DNA of 64,000 bases, taken from assembly GCF_009914755.1 (NCBI RefSeq), contig NC_060925.1. The stretch is one strand, 5' to 3'. The stretch's first letter is position 1. Each line of letters begins with the position of its first letter. Below the pieces are notes generated by a model that worked only from the letters and a program-made list of their open reading frames with translations, was not told where the DNA came from and searched no databases. Shown in pieces: positions 51,951 to 63,085 of this stretch. Position numbers and translations under genes: made by a program. The DNA comes from the human T2T-CHM13v2.0 reference genome, Homo sapiens.

Positions 51951-53720
51951 ATCACATGCCCATTACCATCCCATTAAAACCTAATCACCCTTACCCCGCT
52001 CAGTGCCAATGTCCCATCCCACAGCATGCTTTAAAAGGATTAAAGCCTGTTATCACTCGCCTGCTACAGCATGGGCTTCTAAAACCTATAGACTCTCCTT
52101 ACAATTCCCCCATTTTACCTGTCCAAAAACCGGACAAGTCTTACAGATTAGTTCAGGATCTGCATCTTATCAACCAAATTGTTTTGCCTATCCACCCCGT
52201 GGTGCCAAACCCATATACTCTCCTATCCTCAATACCTGCCTCTGCAACCCATTATTCTGTTCTAGATCTCAAACATGCTTTCTTTCCTATTCGTTTGCAC
52301 CCTTAATCCCAGCCTCTCTTCGCTTTCACTTGGACTGACCCTGACACCCATCAAGCTCAGCAAATTACCTAGGCTGTACTGCTGCAAAGCTTCACAGACA
52401 GCCCCCATTACTTCAATCAAGCCCAAATTTCATCCTCATCTGTTACCTATCTCGGCATAATTCTCATAAAAACACACGTGCTCTCCCTGCCAATCGTGTC
52501 CGACTGATCTCTCAAACCCCAGCACCTTCTACAAAACAACAACTCCTTTCCTTCCTAGGCATGGTTAGCACGGTCAGAATTCCTACACAAGAGCCAGGAC
52601 CACACCCTGTAGGCTTTCTGTCCAAACAACTTGACCTTACTGTTTTAGCCTAGCCCTCATGTCTGCATGCAGCTGCTGCTGCTGCTTTAATACTTTTAGA
52701 GGCCCTCAAAATCACAAACTATGCTCAACTCACTCTCTACAGTTCTCATAACTTCCAAAATCTATTTTCTTCCTCATACCTGACGCATATACTTTCTGCT
52801 CCCCGGCTCCTTCAGCTGTACTCACTCTTTGTTGAGTCTCCCACAATTACCATTGTTCCTAGCCCAGACTTCAATCCGGCCTCCCACATTATTCCTGATA
52901 CCACACGTGACCCCCATGACTGTATCTCTCTGATCCACCTGAGATTCACCCCATTTCCCCAAATTTCCTTCTTTCCTGATCCTCACCCTGATCACTCTTG
53001 ATTTATTGATGGCGGTTTCACCAGGCCTAATCGCCACACACCAGCAAAGGCAGGCTATGCTATAGTACAAGCCACTAGCCCGCCTCTCAGAACCTCTCAT
53101 TTTCTTTCCATCGTGGAAATCTATCCTCAAAGAAATAACTTCTCAGTGTTCCATCTGCTATTCTACTACTCCTCAGGGATTATTCAGGCCCCCTCCCTTC
53201 CCTACACATCAAGCTTGAGGATTTGCCCCCACCCAGGACTGGCAAATTAGCTTTACTCAGCATGCCCTGAGTCAGATAACTAAAATACCTCTTAGTCTAG
53301 GTAGACACTTTCACTGGATAGGTAGAGGCCTTTCCTACAGGGTCTGAGAAGGCCACCGAAGTCATTTCTTCCCTTCTGTCAGACATAATTCCTCAGTTTA
53401 GCCTTCCCACCTCAATACAGTCTGATAACAGACGAGCCTTTATTAGTCAAATCAGCCAAGCAGTTTTTCAGGCTCTTAGTATTCAGTGAAACGTTTATAT
53501 CCCTTACGGTCCTCCGTCTTCAAGAAAAGTAGAATGGACTAAAGGTCTTTTAAAAACATACCTCACCAAGCTCAGCTACCAACTTAAAAAGGACTGGACA
53601 ATACTTTTACCACTTTCCTTTCTCAGAATTCAGGCCTGTCCTTGGAATGCTACAAGGTACAGCCCATTTACGCTCCTGTGTAGACACTCCTTTTTATTAG
53701 GCCCCAGTCTCATTCCAGAC
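51950..53720 (+). pseudogene. pol: HERV-H pol remnant (RT N-terminus, RNase H piece, integrase)
   Basis: 'SPYNSPILPVQKPDKSYRLVQDLH..YSVLDLKHAFF' (RT); 'LV*VDTFTG*VEAFP..IQSDN' (IN); stops and deletions; no intact YxDD seen. Confidence 0.9.
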
Positions 53721-54311
53721 ACCAGATCAACTTAGATTGTGCCCCCAAAAAACTTGTCATCCCTACTATCTTCTGTCTAGTCATACTCCTATTCACCATT
53801 CTCAACTACTCATACATGCCCTGCTCTTGTTTACACTGCCGGTTTACACTGTTTCTCCAAGCCATCACAGCTGATATCTCCTGGTGCTATCCCCAAACTG
53901 CCACTCTTAACTCTTGAAATAAATAAATAATCTTTGCTGGCAGGACTATACTGAATCTCCTTAGGCACTCTCTAATCAGATATCCTGAGTCGTCTCAATT
54001 CTTAGACTTTTTATACCTGTTTTTCTCCTTCTGTTATTCCATTTAGTTTCTCAATTCATCCAAAACCGTATCCAGGCCATCACCAATCATTCTATACGAC
54101 AAATGTTTCTTCTAACATCCCCAGAATATCACCCCTTTCCACAAGACCTCCCTTCAGCTTAATCTCTCCCACTCTAGGTTCCCACGCTGCCCCTAATCCC
54201 GCTTGAAGCAGCCCTGAGAAACATCACCCATTCTCTCTCCATACCACCCCTCAAAAATTTTCGCCACCCCAACACTTCAACACTATTTTGTTTTATTTTT
54301 CTTATTAATAT

Positions 54312-54324
54312 AAGAAGGCAGGAA
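54312..54324 (+). other. Polypurine tract
   Basis: 'aagaaggcaggaa' immediately before the 3' LTR. Confidence 0.85.
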
Positions 54325-54777
54325 TGTCAGGCCTCTGAGCCCAAGCCAAGCCATCGCATCCCCTGTGACTTGCAGGTATACACCCAGATGGCCTGAAGTA
54401 ACTGAAGAATCACAAAAGAAGTGAAAAGGCCCTGCCCCACCTTAACTGATGACATTCCACCACAAAAGAAGTGTAAATGGCCGGTCCTTGCCTTAAGTGC
54501 TGACATTACCTTGTGAAAGTCCTTTTCCTGGCTCATCCTGGCTCAAAAAGCACCCCCACTGAGCACTTTGTGACCTCCACTCCTGCCCGCCAGAGAACAA
54601 ACGTCCTTTGACTGTAATTTTCCTTTACCTACCCAAATCCTATAAAGTGGCCCCACCCTTATCTTCCTTCACTGAATCTCTTTTTGGACTCAGCCCGCCT
54701 GCACCCAGGTGAAATAAACAGCCATGTTGTTCACACAAAGCCTGTTTGGTGGTCTCTTCACACAGACGTGCATGAAA
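54325..54777 (+). promoter_or_regulatory. 3' LTR7
   Basis: 453 bp; 6 substitutions relative to the 5' LTR by manual comparison. Confidence 0.95.
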
Positions 54778-54781
54778 ATAC

Positions 54782-54890
54782 AAATTTTAGAAATTAACGA
54801 ACAATAGTTCAGAGAGGTTAAGTGGCTTGTTTAAAATTACACAGGTAGTTACATAGGACCATAAGCAGAACTCACCTTCTGAGTGCAAAA
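54782..54890 (-). mobile_element. MIR, right part (split by HERV-H)
   Basis: 'agttcagagaggttaagtggcttgtttaaaattacacaggtagt' antisense MIR core. Confidence 0.65.
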
Positions 54891-55355
54891 GGGAGACAGA
54901 AAGTACTGTTGAGACTCAAATGAGAGAAATGACATATCTGGGATATGGAGATTGTATTAAATGATTGTTTTTCTTTGAGAAGATTTTTTGGGATGATTAT
55001 TTCCAACTTTTGCTGAATATTGATGGATAGCAGAACTCATGGAAAATATGGAGAGGTTTTCCATAGCTGGGTGAAATTTTTTTCTGGTTTTCTTTATCTT
55101 TCAGGTATTTTCAGAAAATGCAGCAACTCAGATTAATTTTCTCATGTTTTTCAGTTAGTGCTGTTTGTGAGTGTGTGTGTATGTATGTGTGTGAGGGTGT
55201 ATGAGTCATTTGATATTGGATGCAAGAGTTACGGCAACCCATTCAAGGAGGTCCAGAAGGGTATACAAGGACAATGATTTAAAAATTGATTTTTTGTATG
55301 TGAAAATCGAGGATAGGTAAGTATTCATTGAGCACTCTTCAAAAAATCAAAAACC

Positions 55356-55592
55356 AGAAGTGAAGGTGATCTGGCTGCGACATGTCAACCCATTGATCAC
55401 CAAGTTTGATTCGGATTGATGTGGCTGGCTAGGCGGGCATCCCTTTCCTCCCTACCACTTCCCATGCATCCCTCCTGAAGCTGCATGTTTGGTCAAAGAG
55501 GATGACCTCCCCTGATAGAGGAAGACCATTATTCCTGTCAAGAGTAGCTTTGCTCCCCTGCAAGAACCTGCAAACAGCTCAAAAAAAAAAAA
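55356..55592 (+). pseudogene. RN7SK: 7SK snRNA retropseudogene, 3'-truncated (about nt 1-235) with A tail
   Basis: 'gtgaaggtgatctggctgcgacat...tggctggctaggcggg...gaagctgc...gatagagga...gctcccctgcaagaacctgcaaacagctc' follows 7SK; A12 tail; imperfect TSD aaaaaatcaaaaacc / acaaacccaaaacc. The symbol names the parent gene. Confidence 0.93.
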
Positions 55593-57399
55593 CAAACCCA
55601 AAACCAATAAAAGTCTATAATGTAAAGGACTCCAGGTTAAGTAATTTCATTTCTCTTGTCTTTGTCTAAAATTGTAAAAATTACCTGAAAATCCTAGGTT
55701 AGCTGAGGTGGTCATTAAGACTCCATATTTTGTTAAGATGTCATGAAATGCAAATGGTACGCATTTTTGAGATTTTTCAAGTAGTATAAGAATTGTAAAC
55801 ATTCTGTTTTATGAGTGATGTAAGTGTACTATATGTAATGTTGAACAGGTCACATTGCCAATGAGTTGAAATTGTGCAATTCTGAGTTTCTATTTATCGT
55901 CAAGAGTATATTGTTTTTATATTTTAAAAATATAAATATAACAAAGTACAGTATCAGAGGCCCTTTATAGTCAGATTTAATGGTGCAAACACTGAGTTGC
56001 TACAATGCCAAAAATACAGTATAATATAAAGGTAACAATATAGAAAACCAGAGCAAGAAAGTACATTTTATGTAAAATATTTTGACTCACAGTATCCTAA
56101 AGAGGGTAAAAATAAATGCTAGACTGTAACCTTCACCTGCTAGTGTTTATAAACATACCAACAGTAAGATCTGGGATTCACAAAGCCCATCTTCATCCAT
56201 TTATTTTCCATCAATGTGTCTGTCCTTTAAATGATACATTGAAAAGAAGAGAGTCATACAATCAGTGAAGTTTTCAGGATTGATTTAGATAGAAACAAAA
56301 TGAAGTAAACTCATATTTTCTAATTGTGAGCCACACCATATTGTATTCTAGTTTCTCTTGATGCATTGATTTGTATCCCTTGTTAGTATGGGATCCATTT
56401 CTAAAAAACAGTTTTGCAACTACTTTTAAAGCCCAGAAATCCCACATCTCAATTTGCATCTGTTTTAGTGGCTTAAGAATATGCAGCAATTTTTAAGCAC
56501 TGTTGAAATGAAGCTCATAAGAATGTAAAATGAACAATGAATGAGAAATCTGGGTAGTAAGAGTTTAAAATGTCAATAGATTAAGCCCTTCTTGGTTTCT
56601 AATGCTACATTTTCAGATTTCTTTTTGAGAAGAAATCTCCTTTTACTTTATTTGTTTCCCTTTTTTCATAAGATTGAAGAAATCCTCCCAAGATTTTCCA
56701 AGCTCTTTTTGGGGGCTTTCCATAATGACAGCTGCAGGCTGTTGCTTCAGGTGACTGTGAAATCTTCTTCATAGAAGTCAGTTGAAATTATGCTCGTAGT
56801 AATCGTATTGAATTTACCCTGAAAATAGAACAAATAAATATGGATAGGATCAATTTTTACATTCAATTAAATATTTGCATTTTATTCAAGTAATTAACAT
56901 GAGGATGAAAATTATCTTGTGAAGCACATTATACACATTTCTATAGCATGCGTTACTTTACCGGAGTTAAAATATTACCATTATGCCTGATAGCACATGT
57001 GGAAGCAAATCCTAGGAATGAAGCATTTATAGTAAACATCCATATGTTTTAGTAAACACAATTGCAGGCTTTCCAGAGTAAGCAAATGTGTGAATTCTTT
57101 AAATGATACTAAAGAATTAAAATAGTCCCACTTTTCATATGCCAAAAGGAAAAAAAAAATAACACTATGTCACATACTTTGAGATTGTAACAAAATCATA
57201 ACGATGAAAATAGTAACAAGCACTTTTTGGGTTTGATACATATATTTCATATGTAACCATGATACTAAGCTTACGATTGAAGCTCTATTTTCCTCTTATT
57301 TTATAGAAGGCTTGCCTTAGACAAGTAGGCAATTCAGCAATTTGGGGGCGATAGATGTGGTAGAACTTAAGATGCAGTCTTAAAGACCTGGTCAATTCT

Positions 57400-57640
57400 A
57401 GTAATAGCTAACCCTCACATAGTATGTACCATGTTGAGGCACTGGGCACTTTTCTAAGTACTTTCCATATACTAACTCTTATAATCTACCTCATTTGGTT
57501 GATTCCATTATTGTCTTCATTTTACTGATGAGGAAACTGAGACACAGAGTGATAAAATAAGTTGCCAAAGGTCACACGGCTAGTAGAGAGCAGCAGAGAT
57601 TCAAATGCAGACATTCTAGCTCTGCAGTCTGCTTAATGAG
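57400..57640 (-). mobile_element. MIR
   Basis: 'cattttactgatgaggaaactgagacacagag...aaggtcacacggctagta' near-consensus core. Confidence 0.85.
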
Positions 57641-59606
57641 CCTTCATCTTAGATGAAAGTTCCGCAGCTTAAATGGCTCAAAGCTGACCTGACTGATCTA
57701 ATTAAATGATTCTGATAATTCTGATTCTCAAAGCCTTAACTTGTAAATAGTCAAACAAATTAGATGTCACATGAATCTTTTTGCTTTGCCTCCCTTTCTG
57801 CAGTACCTGTAGTACACTGGGATTTCTAGTGGCGCTAACAGTGGTGGCACTGCACCCCTCTCTGATATAGGGACTTCATTGTCCTGAGACCATTTACATT
57901 TTCAGAACTTCATGATCACATGACTTTGGAGAAAAATTTTTAGCCTTTATTAAAAAAAGTTTTCTTTGGGTGTAGCTGCCCCCTAGGTAAAGTATATACA
58001 TTTATGATACCTGTTATGTTGTCTTTTAAAAGAGACATTGTTGTGGGGGAAAAGCGGTATATGAAAACATTACTATAAATAGTAATGCAAATACTTCCAT
58101 GAAAAAGTCATAGGAATGATCTCTGATTAATCAAATAAAGTGAACTATACAGACTTGACTGCTTCCTAATATCCTCCCAGAGTCCTTCAAGACAGCAGCA
58201 TTCCCAGGCTACAAATCAGGAGGCTCAGGAATCAGGCAGCAATTCAGGAACATACCAGCAGGGCTCCAGCAATGCCTGTTCCAACCACATGACCAACACA
58301 GTTAGGACATGGACTATTTCCTAACCCTCAACCCGATAAGACCCAGGCTCGTGGAGCATCACAAAACCAACCAATTCTGGTATTGTTGCACTTCATTTTA
58401 CATAAGTGTGGCTACATTTATTCACAGTTGTGTGAAGAGAACCTCCTAGGTTTCTTGCAAGTCTTAGATAAAGTAAGGGGCCAAAAGAAAGAAAATGGCC
58501 TTTTTAATATGAATGACCAGGTGTCCTAAAACTTACCAACAGAGCCCAATCCTTTTGTCCCTGGGCTGGGTTTCACCTATAACATTCAACTTATGATTTC
58601 AGAAATGCATTTTACAACTAGCCTCACATCTCCTAGCACTGGTTCCTAACATAATTGCTTCTAAGAACCTCAAAATTTATCTTTTTCATTGAAGTTCTGT
58701 AATACCTTGAGCACTTTTTAGACTTATTAAAATATGATACTAACTTTAGAAAAAAACTACCCAATTTTTACCACAAAGAGCGATGTTTCACCAACAAATA
58801 TGTGAGCCCCACATTAGAATAACACTAAGTGACATATTTAATTCTGTATCACTTTACAACTATTGACTCATGCACCAAGCTGAGTTAACATTGTGTGCCC
58901 TGTTTAAAACCTTGCCCACATTTTGGGGGATTTCTAGTTAATGAAACCACTGCTTAGAGATAAACATTGGGATTTCCTATCAGCATCCCTTTCTACCCTT
59001 ATACTGACATTAGTGACCAAGCCGGTTGTCAGGGGTAGGAGGGGAAGAGGGCAAGCACTGTATTTGACAATCCAGGGGAGCAGAGAATAAGAAGAAATAA
59101 TTGTAGGCAAAAATCACGGTCCAGTTTCCTTTCCAAGAGGACTTAGGAGAGCTGTGGGAGTTAGAGGAAAAACTGGGCTTGGCAATAAGAAGAGTCAAGG
59201 CAATCTGGAACCCTCTTTGCCATCTTGGACCTTTTCCCTCATCTCTACCCTCCTGGTCCCATTTTGAAATTCATTGTTATATCGTAAGTGCCTAATAAAA
59301 AGTGAAAGTATTGTGGAAATGTTAATAATAATGTCTTTATGTACTAGGACTCAGGGATAAACAATCTCTGTTTCCATTTCTTTGTTTTCTTTCCCTCCTT
59401 CTTTGCACTTTCCCAGACTCTCCTTACCTTGCCTGGCATTTTTTCATCTTGGCACTGCATTTCTTCACAGATAGTTGTTCACAATCCTTCCATTCTTAGG
59501 GCAAATATGGTTCCCAGATTAGCATCACAATCTCCTGAGTACTTGATGTATGTTTTTTTTTCAGACAAGACTTCTGATCATCAAAAATAATCTTGCTATT
59601 GGGTAG

Positions 59607-59969
59607 TGTATTTGTCCGTTCTCATCCTGCTAATAAAGACATACCTGAGACTGCGTAATTTATAAAGAAAAAAGGTTTAATGGACTCACAGTTTCACATG
59701 GCTGGTGAAGCCTCACAGTCATGGCGGAAAGTGAAAGAGGAGCAAAGTCATGTCTAACATGGTGGCAGGCAAAGGAGGGTGTGCAGGGGAACTGCCCTTT
59801 ATAAAACGGTCAGGTCTTGTGAGATTTATTCACTGTCACAAGAACAGCACAGGAAAACCCACTCCCATGATTCAGTTACCTCACACCTGGTCCCACCCAC
59901 AACACATGGGGATTATGGGAGCTACATTTCAAGATGAGATTTGGGTGGGGACACAGCCAAACCACATCA
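59607..59969 (-). mobile_element. THE1 (B/C-like) solo LTR
   Basis: 'tgtatttgtccgttctcatcctgctaataaagacatacctgagac...gagatttgggtggggacacagccaaaccacatca'; TSD ggtag / ggtaa. Confidence 0.93.
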
Positions 59970-60391
59970 GGTAATTTGTATGAAAATAAGCTGGCAGTTA
60001 TCAGATAATTGCCACATCTGTCAAAATTAATTGTAGTCTCTTTTGCTTAAACAGGGAGAAAATAACCTTTCAAGTCAGTGTGTAACTAGGATATACTTAA
60101 AGACTCATTTAGCCTTAACCATTTATATCTCTAGAAGTAAATGGCTTTTACTCCACTTAAAAAGATAAATTCTTAATGCAAAGTTTCATCTTTGGTCATT
60201 AGCACAGTCTCTCATATGAAAGAAGTCTCTGTAATTAGTCTTATCGCATATAATGGAAAGACACTCTACAATTCATGTTTTTCTACACCAGATCAATTCT
60301 TTATTCTTTACATCCAAAAGTGATACTTTTGATAACAAGGTTCAACCTGTCAGTCTCACTAAAATTATTCTATTAGCATTGACAAGAATGA

Positions 60392-60673
60392 TTTTTTTGC
60401 GGGGGGGACAAAGTCAGGAAGGCTGGAGTGCAGTGGCACCATCCCAGGTCACTGCAATCCCCTTCTGGACCCAGGCCATTCTCCCACCTCAGCCTCCCCA
60501 GGAGCTGGGACTACAGGTGCATGGCACCATGCCTGGCTCATTTTTGTATTTTCTGTAGAGATAAGGTTTGACCATGTTGCCCAGTCTGTTCTTGTACTCC
60601 TGGGCTCAAGAAATCTACCCGCCTCTGTCTCCCGAAGTGCTGGTATTACAGGCATGAGCTGCTGTGTCCAGCC
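60392..60673 (-). mobile_element. AluJ
   Basis: Antisense dimeric Alu ('ctcctgggctcaag'); 15-bp TSD acaagaatgattttt (60382-60396 / 60676-60690). Confidence 0.93.
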
Positions 60674-60869
60674 CAACAAGAATGATTTTTAAATCATCTA
60701 TTATTCCAATCTTTCCACCATAAATACTGGCTAATATTTTTATTATCATCTTCTCATTGATATGTTTGTAAGGTACTTTAAACAGTCCCTGACTTGTCAT
60801 AAAGTTCATTTATTCCATCACTGCTATCATCATCTGATTCAAGCATCACAATAGACGAATAAATTAGAA

Positions 60870-60990
60870 AATATTATGATCCCAATTTACAAATGAAAAA
60901 ATTGAGGCTATGAAGTTAGGTAACTTGTCAATGATTAAACAGCTTGGGGCAGTCAAAACTTAATTGCAAACCTAGTTGACTCTAAATGAA
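60870..60990 (-). mobile_element. MIR
   Basis: 'cccaatttacaaatgaaaaaattgaggct...taacttgtcaatg'. Confidence 0.65.
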
Positions 60991-61727
60991 GGAAATGGAC
61001 GATTCCCCAAATTTTGAATGTCTTTCTATTATGCTGCCTGTACATCTGGTTAATTGCAGAAGAAAAAAAAAAAATTAAAACTTATCAGTAATGTGCCTCC
61101 TGACAATGAGGAAAAATTAGAAGAAATGAATATTTGAATGTATACCAATAGCTTTTCAATTATTTGATCATATTATAGCAAAGACTCCATAATCTACCTA
61201 TTTTACTTGATCACTTCTTCCAGTGGAAAAGGAATTCAGCAATAATGATAAAGTGTCACTGCTTAAGCAAGTTGAGGAATGAAGGAAGGAAATTATTTAG
61301 ACATCTGTTTTAGCAATAGGGGGGATGGATAATTCATATTCAAATTTAGTACACTGGGATTCAATGCTTTGGGGATATTACAATCCAGAAATAATATTGG
61401 ACCAAATATACATGGCTACAAACTGTAAGCTTAGTGATACATCCCATAAGAAAATAAAATGGTAATAATTAAGCTAAACTAAATTTATAATTAACAAGCA
61501 AGAATAACAGCAATTAAAATTCCTGGCCAACACAGACGTTTCTGATTCACTAGTAACAAATTGTCCTCCCCTAAAACTGAAGGAATATTGTCAAGCTTTG
61601 TCAAATACTTCTAGGTGCGAAACTGAATTAGTCTTCAGTATGCTCTAGCAGCTTGTTAATTTGGGTATATAAATAACAAATGTTAATATCCTAGGTTAAT
61701 AGTAAAACAAAACAAAACGCTCTTAGT

Positions 61728-61902
61728 AGTTGGATGTGGTGGAGTGCCCCTGCAGCGCCATTTTCTAGGAAGACTGAGGCAGGGGAGGATCGCTTGAAGC
61801 CAGAAGTTCAAAGCTGTAATGCCCTATGATGGGTGCCTGTGAATAGCTACCACGCTCCAGCCTGGGCAACATACAAGACCCCATCTCTGAAGAAAAAAAA
61901 AA
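61728..61902 (+). mobile_element. FAM (fossil Alu monomer)
   Basis: Single monomer retaining the 7SL-derived 'gcctgtgaatagc' segment, followed by an A tail. Confidence 0.8.
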
Positions 61903-62199
61903 TGAAATCTTCGTTATAGATAAAGATAAGAATAAGATAAGTCAATGGAATAAAACCCAACTTTTCCTTAAGAATAAAGGGGAACACCTGTACATTTGAA
62001 TCAATTTGAGATTCTTCAGGGGATTGCTTAAAGCCCATTAACAGGCCACAGAACAATTTTTGAGAATCACTGCTATAGAAAATATCATGCTCATCTCAAA
62101 GGGAATAAAATCTATCTTAAGTATGTTGTTTACAATCAAAATTGTTTTTAATTTCTCAGAACTTGCAGACTTTATGGGGAACTCGAGAAGACAACATCT

Positions 62200-63085
62200 C
62201 TTTCTTACTCTGAGAAAATCTTCCCTGCACTGCAACTTCTTTCTTTCAACTTGGCATTCCTCATTTGGTAAAATGTCATCACCATTTACACAGCTAGTTA
62301 TGCACCAATCCTCTCTCTCTCTCTTTTAATCCCACATCTCACATCCAATTCAAACACTGTCACCTATACCTACAAAAATACACCTCAAAGTCAGTCACTG
62401 GGAAGTTAGTCCACGTCCTTGTCTCCCCTGGGTTTATGCAATGGCTACCTGATTGGGCTTTCTATTTCCTCTTGTGCTTCCCTCCCCTCACTACTCTGCA
62501 GCATAATCTTTCCAGAATGAAAATCAGATCATAACACTTTGAATGTCTCAGCTGTCACTGGCTTCCCATGACACAGAAACTCAACATTCTTCACAGCCTG
62601 TCCACTAACTGCCTCTCAGCCTCCTCTCCCTCCCGTGCTCTCCTCCCGCCCTCAGGGTAGTCACCTGGCCTTCTTTGCTCTTTTGAGAACACATCAGAAA
62701 TGTTCCCACCTCAAGGACTTTACACTTGGAATTTTCTTCCCCTGGAATGCTTTCCCCAGGAATATATACATGGCGGCTTGCATCTTTGCTGCATTTACGT
62801 CTTGTTCTTATGCCAGTTCCTCAGAGATCTCATCCCTAAACAGCGTATCCAAAATGCACATTCTGTCACTCTGCATTCCTCTACCCTTTGTGTTTTTCTG
62901 CCTCACACTTATCACTGTGTAGCACTATATTATAAGTTCAGTTGCTTAAATGTTTATTGGCTGTCTTCACCACTGCAATGTAAGTTCTATGAGACAAGAA
63001 CTTTTATTTATTTCTGAATCCCCAGTCCCTATCAGAACTCCCAGCATGTAGATCATGTTCATAAATATTTCCTAAGTGAATGCAT
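62200..63085 (+). mobile_element. L2 (L2a-like) 3' region
   Basis: 'aaaatcagatcataacact', 'cctggaatgctttcccc', 'aatgtaagttctatgagacaagaa' and tail 'ataaatatttcctaagtgaatg'. Confidence 0.85.

Larger units (their letters stand above)
48864..54777 (+). mobile_element. HERV-H provirus, two LTR7, 5.9 kb, internally deleted (pol partial, env mostly absent), coding-defective
   Basis: 453-bp direct repeats at both ends, tRNA-His PBS, gag zinc knuckle, pro/RT/IN remnants, PPT and 4-bp TSD ATAC (48860-48863 / 54778-54781). Confidence 0.98.

Noticed and set aside
48866-54536. Two identical 69-aa minus-strand ORFs (48866-49075 and 54327-54536)
   Set aside because: They are the antisense reading of the identical U3 halves of the two LTRs.
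57820-57860. Possible CTCF site ('ctagtggcgct', 'cagtggtggcact')
   Set aside because: Only the 3' half matches; the CCAS part of the core is missing.
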